Source: Candidatus Babeliales bacterium (lineage in GTDB: Bacteria; Babelota; Babeliae; Babelales; JANWKD01). From it: a stretch of 64,000 nucleotides of DNA. The DNA is taken from positions 1 through 64,000 of the forward strand of contig OY969622.1 of assembly GCA_963701665.1 (NCBI GenBank), read 5' to 3'. This document shows positions 41,334-50,682 of the stretch, in pieces. Made by a program: the position numbers and the translations under genes. Under the pieces are notes generated by a model that saw only the letters and a list, made by a program, of their open reading frames with translations, was not told where the DNA came from and did not search any database. Position 1 is the stretch's first letter; the number at the start of each line of letters is the position of its first letter.

Positions 41334-42449
41334 TTATGCTTGTGCAGTGCGATATTTAGCATTATGAATACAGGCGAGTGCAAAGGTAAGCCCAAAGCTG
41401 AGCTGAAAATCGAGAAAAAAAAGATGTAGGGGATTTATGGCGAGCAAGAAGATGGTGACGACGCTCAACACATGCAGCGGATTAATTTGGACTTTTAAAA
41501 GGGTATACAAAGCGTACGCCGCATACGTGATAAACGCGCGCGTGAAAGAAATATTTGACCAACTTAAAACAAAGTAAACGAAACAAAATCCTAATAAAAT
41601 AATTGATTTTATTGGTTGCGAAATCGGAATCAAACGCAATAAGAATGTCCAACAGAGCAGAAAAATAATTAAATGAAGCCCAGATCGTGCAAGATAATGT
41701 GAAAGTCCCCAATATTTAAATCGTTCTTTTATGGAAGAAAAATATTTTTTATCAACTGAACGATTGCCGAGAAATAATGAATTAAAAAATGAAAAACAAG
41801 AGCGGGACATTTTTGTTTTTAGGCTCTGCAATAAGCTACTTTTTATTTCAAAACACCACCTGCTTAAAGAAAAACGAGGGCGTTCCACAAGCGAGGGAAT
41901 TTCATGAATAAAAAAGCTTGCGCTTATTCCTTCTTTTAATAAATAAAATTCATAACGCTGATTTTTGGGCCGCTTTAAACATATGTTTGGAATATGTATT
42001 GTATCGCCTACCGTAAGATGAGCACATGTTTGTTGTAGGTAGACAAGGCATCTTACATTTACCTCTTTCTTTGTTAACGAATGTTGCTCATGAAGCTCAT
42101 GCACTTGAAGGGTGAGAATTTCTTTTGTGGGAGAATTTTTTTGTTCTTGTTTATCGAGAATAACGCCGATGAGATTATAGATTTGATTGTCAAACTCAAG
42201 ACTTTGATTATGAATTTCCTGTTTATAGAACAAGCAGAGCATACCACCAAAAAATGCACTCGTTACCAGTAAAAACAATGATTTTTGTTTTAAAATTAAA
42301 CCGATGAAAATGAAACTAAAACATAATAAAAGTATGCAGTGTATTGATAAAGAAAGAGATATTTGCGTACAAATGCCACATATTAAAGCAAATAAACAAA
42401 AAATACTGGGATGATAGTGAGGAAGATGCAAGAGGTGCGGGAAAGACAT
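41334..42449 (-). CDS. comEC: ComEC/Rec2-family competence protein (no metallo-beta-lactamase domain)
   Basis: GLSHYLARSGLH, NP..L....FQLSF; multiple TMs plus an OB-like region. Confidence 0.8.
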   Translation of the reverse strand: MSFPHLLHLPHYHPSIFCLFALICGICTQISLSLSIHCILLLCFSFIFIGLILKQKSLFLLVTSAFFGGMLCLFYKQEIHNQSLEFDNQIYNLIGVILDKQEQKNSPTKEILTLQVHELHEQHSLTKKEVNVRCLVYLQQTCAHLTVGDTIHIPNICLKRPKNQRYEFYLLKEGISASFFIHEIPSLVERPRFSLSRWCFEIKSSLLQSLKTKMSRSCFSFFNSLFLGNRSVDKKYFSSIKERFKYWGLSHYLARSGLHLIIFLLCWTFLLRLIPISQPIKSIILLGFCFVYFVLSWSNISFTRAFITYAAYALYTLLKVQINPLHVLSVVTIFLLAINPLHLFFLDFQLSFGLTFALACIHNAKYRTAQA

Positions 42450-42573
42450 GGTTTTATAATTCTATCTGAATGCTTTTGTGAATTTTTATTAAATTGACTA
42501 TAATAATATAGAATACAGGTGTTAACCTGTAAATAGCGAAATAATAGATAAACTAGTGTAAAAAGGGCAATTT

Positions 42574-42984
42574 ATGAAGAAAAATAATGTTTTTATGGCT
42601 GTTCTCTTAGGTTTGGCATGTATACCTTTTGCTATTGAAAGTCATCCACCTACTAGGAGGGAAGCAAAAAGGGTTTTTAGGAACGCTCCTACTCAACTTG
42701 CTAATGGTGAAATTTCTTTTACTGAATATAGTGAAAGCGTAAAATTTGCAAATGGTATTGGAGGCTTTGTTCAACGACCTTATCATGATCCTCTCCATAT
42801 TGCGGCTTGTCAGGGTAACAGTGATCTTGTAGTATTTTTATTCCTAAAAGGGGCAGATCCCAAATTTGTGGGACCTAGTGGTGAAAGTGCTTTAGATGCC
42901 GCAACAGCGCGTAACAATGCTGAAATCCAAAGATTGTTCGGCATAAATAACAATACAACTTCTTCTTGGTGCACACTCTATTAA
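42574..42984 (+). CDS. Small secreted ankyrin protein with a CaaX-like C-terminus
   Basis: PLHIAA..G....V..L...GADP; ends SSWCTLY. Confidence 0.8.
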   Translation: MKKNNVFMAVLLGLACIPFAIESHPPTRREAKRVFRNAPTQLANGEISFTEYSESVKFANGIGGFVQRPYHDPLHIAACQGNSDLVVFLFLKGADPKFVGPSGESALDAATARNNAEIQRLFGINNNTTSSWCTLY

Positions 42985-43004
42985 GTAATTTCAGTACTAT
43001 TATT

Positions 43005-43038
43005 AAAAAAAAGGCGGATGAAAATCCGCCTTTTTTTT
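43005..43038. terminator. Bidirectional intrinsic terminator
   Basis: A8-GGCGGAT-GAAA-ATCCGCC-T8 between convergent genes. Confidence 0.85.
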
Positions 43039-44425
43039 AATAATATCTCTCTAATTCCCAATCAGTGACTGCAGTATTAAATGCATACAGTTCGTCTCTT
43101 TTTGATTTTACAATCGAAGCAAATAAATCTTTACCGAGCATTTTTTGCATTAAATTGCTTTGCTCGAAAGCTTCTAATGCTTCACTAAAACTAGCTGGTA
43201 ACATTTCAATATTGAGTGAGCTGCGCGTTCCCTCGTTCATCTTATATACATTTTGATCAACGAGTGTTGGCAATTCATACTTATTTTTGATGCCCTCGAG
43301 TCCTGCGCAAACGAGTGCTGCAAATGCAAGATAGGGATTACACATTGCATCAGGCGAGCGCATCTCAATGCGGCATGCACTCGGTTGTGTTGCCCCTGCG
43401 TGTGGAATGCGAATCATAGCGCTTCTATTTTTTTTACCACAGCAAATAAAAATAGGTGCTTCAAAGCCTTTCACTAAGCGTTTATAGGAATTGATTGTTG
43501 GATTTAAAAGAAGCGTGATTTCACGCGCGTGTTTTAAAATGCCCGCGATGAAATGGCACGCGACATCACTGAGTTGTTCGGGATTTTGCTCGTTAACAAA
43601 AGCATTTTTTTGATTTTGGATATCAAACAAACTAAGATTCAGATGCATACCACTGCCAGCCTCGCCGTGCATTGGTTTTGGCATGAAGCTAACTTCTTTG
43701 CCGTATAATTGTGCAACAACAGCAATTGCTTGCTTAGCCGTGCCTAAACAATCGGCAATATTAAGGGCATTATCATAATGCATACTCATTTCAAATTGTC
43801 CGGGCCCAACTTCATGATGGATTTTTTCAATATTAAGATTCATGCTATTGAGTATTTGTAATGCACTGACTATTGCCTGCGATATTGCAAAATTATCGCA
43901 GCGTTGCGCATAACTCAGCCAATCAATCGGCATTAAGGTTTGATCTTTGGTGGTATCAAAAACATAAAACTCAAGTTCTGGGCCGACATAAAAATCATAA
44001 CCCATGCTGTACGCCTCTTCTAACTGTTTTTTCAAAACCATGCGCGGATCGGATTGATAGGGCGTTTCATTATCAAGATACATGTCACAAATAATACGCA
44101 CCATGGCCCCCGTTTGATCATTGTGCCATGCTAATTTTTCCATGGGCGCATAAAGATCTGGTTTAAGTTGAATATCGCTATTAGTTATATCAGTACAACC
44201 CGGGATTGATGAACCATCGAGGTAGATGCCATGTTGAAGATCGTGTCTGAGATATTTTGCCGGACGAATGACTGATTTGAAATTGCCATCGCGATCGGTG
44301 CAACAAAATTCGATGAACTGTATACTGCTGCTTTCGCAATCGTCACATAGTTGCTCGATTTTATACGCTTGTAGTGAAAACAATGAAAGAAAAAAAACGC
44401 TGAATACGATGTGTCGTGAAATCAT
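43037..44425 (-). CDS. glnA: Glutamine synthetase type I family protein with an apparent N-terminal signal peptide
   Basis: DGSSI, GPELEF, HHEVGPGQFE, FMPKP..G..GSGMH, NSYKRL..GFEAP, NRSAMIRIP, RIE.R.PD...NPYL. AAGGAG RBS precedes ATG 44425. Confidence 0.9.
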   Translation of the reverse strand: MISRHIVFSVFFLSLFSLQAYKIEQLCDDCESSSIQFIEFCCTDRDGNFKSVIRPAKYLRHDLQHGIYLDGSSIPGCTDITNSDIQLKPDLYAPMEKLAWHNDQTGAMVRIICDMYLDNETPYQSDPRMVLKKQLEEAYSMGYDFYVGPELEFYVFDTTKDQTLMPIDWLSYAQRCDNFAISQAIVSALQILNSMNLNIEKIHHEVGPGQFEMSMHYDNALNIADCLGTAKQAIAVVAQLYGKEVSFMPKPMHGEAGSGMHLNLSLFDIQNQKNAFVNEQNPEQLSDVACHFIAGILKHAREITLLLNPTINSYKRLVKGFEAPIFICCGKKNRSAMIRIPHAGATQPSACRIEMRSPDAMCNPYLAFAALVCAGLEGIKNKYELPTLVDQNVYKMNEGTRSSLNIEMLPASFSEALEAFEQSNLMQKMLGKDLFASIVKSKRDELYAFNTAVTDWELERYY

Positions 44426-44504
44426 GAACAATCTCCTTTATGTAATAGTTTTTTGAGTACCGTACTTTTTTAAGAGCAATTTGTAAAGCAGCAGTTTGCT
44501 TTTG

Positions 44505-45221
44505 TTACTTCTTGCCCATCATAAATGCGGCTATTTTTGGAAATTGTGCAGAATTTTTTTGTACATCTTTTGATGAACCTGATTCAACTATAGTTCCATG
44601 TTCCATCAGGTAAATAGTGCACTCGAGTGCTTGAACGAGTGCAACATCATGCGAGGCTATGATAATTATTAATCCTTGACGCGCGAGTTCTTGAAACGTG
44701 TGCGCAATATGATTTGTAAGTAATGGATCGAGTGCCGAAGTTGGTTCATCTGCGCAGAGAATTTTTGGTTTTAATGCTAACGCGCGTGCAATGGCAAGCC
44801 GTTGTTTTTGACCGCCAGAAAGTTGATTTGGATATGCGTGTGCAAGATTAGCAAGATCGTAATGCTCGAGAAGTTCATGTGCAATTTTTTTTGCGTCACG
44901 TTTTGTTTTGCCCATGACGTGAATAAGTGCGAGCGTAATATTTTGTTCAACGGTAAGATGTTCAAATATATTGAACTGTTGAAAAATCATGCCAATCGTG
45001 TGCTGTTGATTTACCGCGTTTAAGTCGAGTGTTTTGTTATTGAACGAAATCTCGCCTGAATCTGGTTTTTCAAGGTTATTTAATATGCGCAATAAGGTAG
45101 ATTTACCTACGCCAGAATGTCCTAACAGCACGGCAATAGTGCCCGGTGCAACATCGAGGTTAATATGTTTTAAAATGGTTTTTTCGTGAAATTTTTTTGA
45201 AAGATTTTTAATGATTAACAT
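44505..45221 (-). CDS. Polar amino-acid ABC transporter ATP-binding protein (GlnQ/ArtP-like)
   Basis: GHSGVGKST, FQQFN, LSGGQKQR, DEPTSALDP. Confidence 0.92.
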   Translation of the reverse strand: MLIIKNLSKKFHEKTILKHINLDVAPGTIAVLLGHSGVGKSTLLRILNNLEKPDSGEISFNNKTLDLNAVNQQHTIGMIFQQFNIFEHLTVEQNITLALIHVMGKTKRDAKKIAHELLEHYDLANLAHAYPNQLSGGQKQRLAIARALALKPKILCADEPTSALDPLLTNHIAHTFQELARQGLIIIIASHDVALVQALECTIYLMEHGTIVESGSSKDVQKNSAQFPKIAAFMMGKK

Positions 45222-45879
45222 GACGATTAATCCTTGCTTGCACATAATGGGCAAGTAGTGAAACGAGGCTTGTTAAAATTAAATAGATGAGTGCAATAGC
45301 GCAGTAAACGGGAATTGCATTATAGGTTCGGCTGATGATTATGGAGCCTTCTTTGAACAATTCAACAACGCCAATCGTTGAGGCTAAACTAGAATCTTTA
45401 ATCAGCGTGATCATTTCATTCAGAAGCGCAGGAATGATCACAGTGATCGCTTGAGGGAACACGATAAAACGCATAGTCTGCCATTGGGTGAGTCCTAACA
45501 CTTTTGCTGCTTCTCGTTGTCCTTTGCCGACTGATAAAATGCCCGATTTTACCGTCTGGCTGATGTATGCAGCACTATTTAAGCCGATGGCAATAATTGC
45601 GGTCGTGATTAATGAAAATTCAATGCCGATTGATGGTAACAAATAATAAAAAAATGGAATTTGAATGAGCATTGGCGTGCCGCGGAACAAGGTGACGTAG
45701 GAAGTAACAAACCACCGTAATGCTAATGGTGCATATACTTGAATAAATGCCAACACGGTGCCCAACACAAATCCTATCAAACTCGAAGCGAGTGCAATCT
45801 GCAACGTAACGAGCGTTCCGCGCAGTAAGAACGGTAAAATTTGCATAAAAAATGAACTGGTGATCATGAAAGATGCCAC
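45208..45879 (-). CDS. Polar amino-acid ABC transporter permease (GlnP/ArtQ-like)
   Basis: FRGTPMLIQ, NSAAY.S, GQREAA..LGL, LIKDSSL. Confidence 0.92.
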   Translation of the reverse strand: MASFMITSSFFMQILPFLLRGTLVTLQIALASSLIGFVLGTVLAFIQVYAPLALRWFVTSYVTLFRGTPMLIQIPFFYYLLPSIGIEFSLITTAIIAIGLNSAAYISQTVKSGILSVGKGQREAAKVLGLTQWQTMRFIVFPQAITVIIPALLNEMITLIKDSSLASTIGVVELFKEGSIIISRTYNAIPVYCAIALIYLILTSLVSLLAHYVQARINRHVNH

Positions 45880-46634
45880 TTTCTTTTGAGTGTTTCAAGT
45901 GAGCCATCTTCAGACATTTCTTGTAGGATTGTGTTGATACGGTCAACAAGTTCAGGATATTTTTTTGAAATGGCAAAAGCTGCTGGCTCACTCGTATTAG
46001 GAATTGGCGTGGTTATAAAATTTTCAGAACCGTATTGATCAAAAAACGGTTTTACCGTTGTTACTGCTGTGACAAATGCATCAGCACGTCCGGAATTTAA
46101 AGCAAGGAATGCATCGGCCACGGTTGGTAACCGTTTGAGTGCAATATTTGGATACTGTGATGAAAGATATGCTTCAGCTGAAAATCCATCATTAACAATG
46201 ACATCTTGATTAGCAAGATCAGCGAGCGTTTTTAAAGGCGCGTGCATTGCACGGGTAACAATAACGAGTGGCTCTCCTGCGGTATAATTTTTAGAAAAAA
46301 GTACTTGTTGCGCGCGCTCTTGCGTTGGCGTGAGCCCTGCGGCAATCATATGCAGCGAACCAAAATTGAGTTGCGTAATGAGGGTAGAGAATGGCATATC
46401 TTTAATGACGAGTTTCTTGCCCATTCTTTTTGCAAGCTCATTAACAAGATCAATATCAAAACCAACGAGCGTATCATGTTCAATGTATTCAAATGGTGGG
46501 AATTCTGCGCTGGTGCCAATTATTAAAGAGGAATCATCATGAAGTCGATGTCGTTTCTTGTTGTAAAAAAATAATACTGTTGATGCAAGTACAATAATGC
46601 TTAGAAGGGTGAATGGTAGCGTATATTTGCTCAT
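45864..46634 (-). CDS. Polar amino-acid ABC transporter substrate-binding protein (family 3), membrane-anchored
   Basis: GTSAEFPPFEY, GFDIDL, T.ER...V.FS..Y; N-terminal TM. Confidence 0.92.
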   Translation of the reverse strand: MSKYTLPFTLLSIIVLASTVLFFYNKKRHRLHDDSSLIIGTSAEFPPFEYIEHDTLVGFDIDLVNELAKRMGKKLVIKDMPFSTLITQLNFGSLHMIAAGLTPTQERAQQVLFSKNYTAGEPLVIVTRAMHAPLKTLADLANQDVIVNDGFSAEAYLSSQYPNIALKRLPTVADAFLALNSGRADAFVTAVTTVKPFFDQYGSENFITTPIPNTSEPAAFAISKKYPELVDRINTILQEMSEDGSLETLKRKWHLS

Positions 46635-47101
46635 GCTAATCCTTCTTTTTTAATCTTATAATGCAATGCTTTGCAAATGGTAACATAGATTGATGCGATG
46701 TTTTTGACACTTGTGGGCGCAATAAACAGAACATTTTCTCCTGCTAGGGTACCAATAACACCAGATAATTTTTGTTGATCGAGATAATCACCAACAAAAC
46801 TCGCAAGACCCGGCACTGTGTTAACAATAATTAATACTTCATTATGAACTATTGTGTGAATTGAGCGTACTAACAGTTCAAGGGTGCTATTTTGGTTTTC
46901 GAGATCGTAGACAGAAATATCATCGACTACTTTTTTTGACACATGTAATTCTCGCAAATCACGAGAAATAATTGATTGATTGGTATCAATGTTATATTTT
47001 TGCTTAAGCAACGATGCCAAAGTCGTTTGATCTTCAACAGGATAGAGGCCGATGAGCTCTTTTAAGGCTTCTTGCCGCAACTTTTTCTTATTTTTCCTCA
47101 T
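46631..47101 (-). CDS. argR: Arginine repressor
   Basis: RQ..LKELI, Q..L...L, QSIISRDLREL, T.PGLA, GTLAGEN (the canonical GDD appears as GEN). Confidence 0.88.
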   Translation of the reverse strand: MRKNKKKLRQEALKELIGLYPVEDQTTLASLLKQKYNIDTNQSIISRDLRELHVSKKVVDDISVYDLENQNSTLELLVRSIHTIVHNEVLIIVNTVPGLASFVGDYLDQQKLSGVIGTLAGENVLFIAPTSVKNIASIYVTICKALHYKIKKEGLA

Positions 47102-47175
47102 AGTTTTCCAATCAATATGTTACTTAATGAATGCAATGATATTTACCTGGGGTAATGAACAATGAAAGCACGATT

Positions 47176-47286
47176 GTCATTGCGAGCCACGTATGTGGCG
47201 TGGCAACCCAGCTTATAAAATTAATTCCTTAAAAAGGATCTGATTAAATTTCTGGGTCACCACGGAGCTTTGCTCCTCGTGATGAC
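47176..47286. repeat. RPE/REPIN-like palindromic element in the argR leader
   Basis: Near-identical to 39560-39665. Confidence 0.9.
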
Positions 47287-47300
47287 ACTTCCCATGAAAA

Positions 47301-47346
47301 TATCACTATATATTCATATTATACTGAATATTTATTAATAAATCAA
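47301..47346 (-). promoter_or_regulatory. Sigma70 promoter overlapped by tandem ARG boxes
   Basis: Minus-strand TTGATT-17-TATAAT (47346..47318). 18-bp ARG-box-like sites at 47301-47318 (TATGAATATATAGTGATA on -) and 47323-47340 (ACTGAATATTTATTAATA). Confidence 0.7.
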
Positions 47347-47379
47347 GGGTAATTCATTGTTTTCTTTTAAAAATCTGTT

Positions 47380-48137
47380 TTTTTAACTTACGCAGTCATG
47401 CTGTCCTCATGCCGGACAGGCACAAGGTATTTTGCACGCCCAAAATACCTTGAACAAAAGGGCGTCCTCCTACGCTTATCCACGCCTTCCGGCTTGGCAA
47501 GCTTCGGACGGACAGGCCAACAATGTTTTAACCCTTCGAAGCTTTAGCGTAGTAGGGCCGCGCGAGATGCGCACTCAAAAACATTGATGCTACGCATCAT
47601 GATTTTGAGCTTGTCGCGCTACACGACTTTATATTAATTATTTTTTACGATCACGATTTCCTACAGAATTCCAAAGTGTATTGCATTATGCAGAATTGTC
47701 ATTCTGAGGAGCCGTCCTACTTCGCCAAGGCTTCGCAGGATCCGCGATGAAGCGCCTGTCCGACGTAGCTTGCCAAGTCGGAAGACATGGATAAGCGAAG
47801 GCGGAACGTAGGAATCCAGTCTATAAAATTAATTCATTAAAGGAACTTATTAAATTCTGGATTCCCACGGCTTCGCCTCGGAATGACACTGTTGTTTAAG
47901 AAGTTAACTTGCAATCGTAAGCATCTGATAAATCAATTTCCATATAAGCACAACATGTTGGAGACCTTGTCACACGTTAGTGTGCAAGGTCGACTTGTTT
48001 GCGTTAGGGAGATAAATAAGAGGCTTGCCCTCTTATTTGCCCTTGTATCCAATGTATTGGGCACGCAATACATTGGTGCTGCCCGCACGGGGCCGCATAA
48101 CTGCGTAAGTCACAATAAAAAAGTTTTTATGAAGGAT
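47380..48137. repeat. Composite inverted-repeat element B (relative of 29623-30476)
   Basis: Left arm homologous to element A; 47603-47822 identical to 29865-30084; short inverted arm at 48078-48137. Confidence 0.85.
47698..47887. repeat. RPE/REPIN-like element with nested insertions
   Basis: GTCATTCTGAG...AATTCATTAAAGGAA...CTCGGAATGAC. Confidence 0.88.
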
Positions 48138-48232
48138 ATTTATGAATAAATGAAATCTCTCACATAACTGATTTACTTCTTGGCAAAAGAAAAAAGATAG
48201 TTTAAGCTCTCGAACAGTAAAAAAGGGAATTT

Positions 48233-49720
48233 ATGACTATGTCTTCTTTTTCATTGCAAAAACGTTGGCACAATCTTCTGTGCCTTTTTTTAATTGCCAT
48301 ATTAATTCGCTCATTAGTATTTGCATTCTATATTGCGCCCCATGAATTTTATTTACAGCCAGATTCGCGTGATTACCATTATTGTGCTTGTTCCTTAGCA
48401 GCAGGTCATGGCATGGCGCATCCTGATAATTTGTATCCCACATTTTGGCGAACGCCAGGTTATCCTTTGTATTTGACTATTTTTTATCGTATTTTTGGGG
48501 TACAAAGTTTAGATTTTCTAAAAAATAAAAAACAGCTTGAAGCATCAATTTGGGTGCAAATTTTGCTTTGTTCATTGTTGCCGGTTTTATTATTTTTTCT
48601 TGCACTTCATCTGACAGCTTCATCACTGCTTGCTTGGTGTGTCGCGTGGATCTCGGTATTTCATCTCGGTTTTGTGTTGGCAACAAACTATATACTTTCT
48701 GATGCACTCGCATCGTTGTTATTGATGATATTTTTTCTATTTTTCTATCGAATCACGCGTTTCATCGGCGAACCGCGCATGCGCGGTATCCACTATAATG
48801 CGAGTGTTATGAATATTTGTGGCGCAGCATTTTTCTTAGGCCTTTATACGTGGTTACGGCCAAATGGTCAATTTACGGTATTTGTTGCTGCTGGAATGCT
48901 GTTGCTAACGGCATTGTCATGGAAAGTAAAAATGCGTACGGTGTTCCTCTTTTTGCTTACGTTTTTTATCGTTATCGGCGGTTGGTATATCCGCAATTAT
49001 CGTTTAACGGGACATTGGTTTTTTTGTCCTATGACGGGTGCTTATGTACAAACTTTTTGCGCACCAAAAATTGTGCGCTCGCTTACTGGCAGACCACTTA
49101 TTGAGTGCATGAATTATGTATTGCAGCATGTCGGAGCAGCGTTAAAACAAGAATATCAGCGCGTGAAAACCGAAACGCCACATTTATACCTTTCGCGTGA
49201 ATTAGTGTGTGGCAAAGTTGCCTGGCCGATTATTTTTGCGCACCCATTTTATTTTGTTCGCGATTGGATAAAAGAAGTATTAAAAACCACGTTTGATCCG
49301 TATGCAAGCCAATTAGTTGCATTTGCCAATAACACGTACTCGTATGATCCCCCCGAAGAATTTTTATTTGAAAAGCTTTATTTATGTCTTTTTGGTCAGC
49401 CAATGCCAATTTTTTCAAGATTATTGTGCTGGATTGATTTTCTGTTCTTAGTATGGGTATGGATAGGCTTACTAGGGGGTTTGTGGCTTTTCCTGATTAA
49501 ACCCTTATTCAGACGCGAAATTTCTAACGAACTACGTTTTTATCGTGCGCTTTGGCTCAAAACCGGTATATTTGTCGGGGGTTTAGTGGTTTTAACAGGA
49601 GGTTTTGGGTATGCGCGGTTGCGCATGCCTGTTGAACCATTAGTTCTCATCATGACATTAACCTGGTGGTTGCGGTTTTTGGACAAAAAACCAACGCTCA
49701 AATTTGAAACAGGGAAATAA
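48233..49720 (+). CDS. Polytopic membrane protein, GT-C (PMT/ArnT-like) glycosyltransferase-like
   Basis: DS.DY loop after TM1, RTPGYP, SDAL, W..RNY...G, R.R.P near the C-terminus. Confidence 0.65.
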   Translation: MTMSSFSLQKRWHNLLCLFLIAILIRSLVFAFYIAPHEFYLQPDSRDYHYCACSLAAGHGMAHPDNLYPTFWRTPGYPLYLTIFYRIFGVQSLDFLKNKKQLEASIWVQILLCSLLPVLLFFLALHLTASSLLAWCVAWISVFHLGFVLATNYILSDALASLLLMIFFLFFYRITRFIGEPRMRGIHYNASVMNICGAAFFLGLYTWLRPNGQFTVFVAAGMLLLTALSWKVKMRTVFLFLLTFFIVIGGWYIRNYRLTGHWFFCPMTGAYVQTFCAPKIVRSLTGRPLIECMNYVLQHVGAALKQEYQRVKTETPHLYLSRELVCGKVAWPIIFAHPFYFVRDWIKEVLKTTFDPYASQLVAFANNTYSYDPPEEFLFEKLYLCLFGQPMPIFSRLLCWIDFLFLVWVWIGLLGGLWLFLIKPLFRREISNELRFYRALWLKTGIFVGGLVVLTGGFGYARLRMPVEPLVLIMTLTWWLRFLDKKPTLKFETGK

Positions 49721-49721
49721 T

Positions 49722-50234
49722 ATGGATCGTTTATACGCGCCTTGGCGTGAAAGTTATGCAACGCGTGTTGACGCTGAAAAAAAAGAACATATTGGGCATG
49801 ATGCGTGCGTTTTTTGTTTGCAGCTCGAAGATGGGAATGATGAAAAGTATTTTATTTTGCGCAGATTTCCCAATACTATCGTGATGCTTAATTTGTATCC
49901 CTATAATGGCGGTCATCTTTTAATATTACCGTTCAAACATACTGATTCTTTATCACAACTTTCTCCTGATATTCGCGCAGAAATTATGGAAGTGACAAAT
50001 CAAAGCATTATCATTCTCTCAGAAGTGTTAGAAGCACAAGGCTTTAATGTTGGGCTTAACCTTGCGCGCGCGGCCGGGGCAGGTATTCCCTCGCATGTTC
50101 ATTTCCATGTAGTGCCTCGTTGGGTTGGGGATACCAATTTCTTAGTTACCCTCGCCAACACCAAACAAATCTCTGTTGATTTATACGCACTTTATACGAA
50201 GTTGCGCCCTTATTTTCAAGAGTTAAAGATATGA
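49722..50234 (+). CDS. HIT-family hydrolase (Ap4A phosphorylase-like)
   Basis: LYAPWR, CVFC, NLYPYN.GH, GFNVGLN...AGAG...HVHFHVVPRW.GD.NF. Confidence 0.93.
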   Translation: MDRLYAPWRESYATRVDAEKKEHIGHDACVFCLQLEDGNDEKYFILRRFPNTIVMLNLYPYNGGHLLILPFKHTDSLSQLSPDIRAEIMEVTNQSIIILSEVLEAQGFNVGLNLARAAGAGIPSHVHFHVVPRWVGDTNFLVTLANTKQISVDLYALYTKLRPYFQELKI

Positions 50235-50247
50235 GCAAAGAATACGT

Positions 50248-50487
50248 ATGAAGAAATCTCTAGAAAAGTTTTTTATAGCACTATTATTTTTGGCAACCGT
50301 TAATGCAATGCAACAACAGCCTCAAACTCCAGCAGAACTTGAAGCAGGCATTGAAAGGCTTGAGGTCCAACTTTTGAAAGAAACAATAAGAAACCGTCGA
50401 TTGCAAAAAACAAGAAAAAAACTCAAACTTCAAGAAGAGCAAATTAATAAAATATGCCCATGTCTCAATTGTTGTGTTCTGTGGTAA
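50248..50487 (+). CDS. Small secreted coiled-coil protein with a Cys-rich, CaaX-like end
   Basis: Signal peptide ending NAMQ; ends CPCLNCCVLW. Confidence 0.6.
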   Translation: MKKSLEKFFIALLFLATVNAMQQQPQTPAELEAGIERLEVQLLKETIRNRRLQKTRKKLKLQEEQINKICPCLNCCVLW

Positions 50488-50494
50488 AAATATT

Positions 50495-50559
50495 GTTATT
50501 TTAAATATTTCTTGAGCAATTCCTGCAAAATTTTAGGATTTGCTTTTGCTCTGCGTTTT
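50495..50559 (-). repeat. Duplicate of the gatB 3' end
   Basis: Matches 53733-53796 with a few differences; encodes ...KANPKILQELLKKYLK*. Confidence 0.88.
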
Positions 50560-50682
50560 TCAACGCATTTAATATATACATAAAAAATTATTTTTATATT
50601 TTAAAACCATTGACCCTAGCCATTTCAATCCAGTATAATTACTCATAGAATAGGATTAGTGTGCCTTAAAAAGAGTAGGGTT

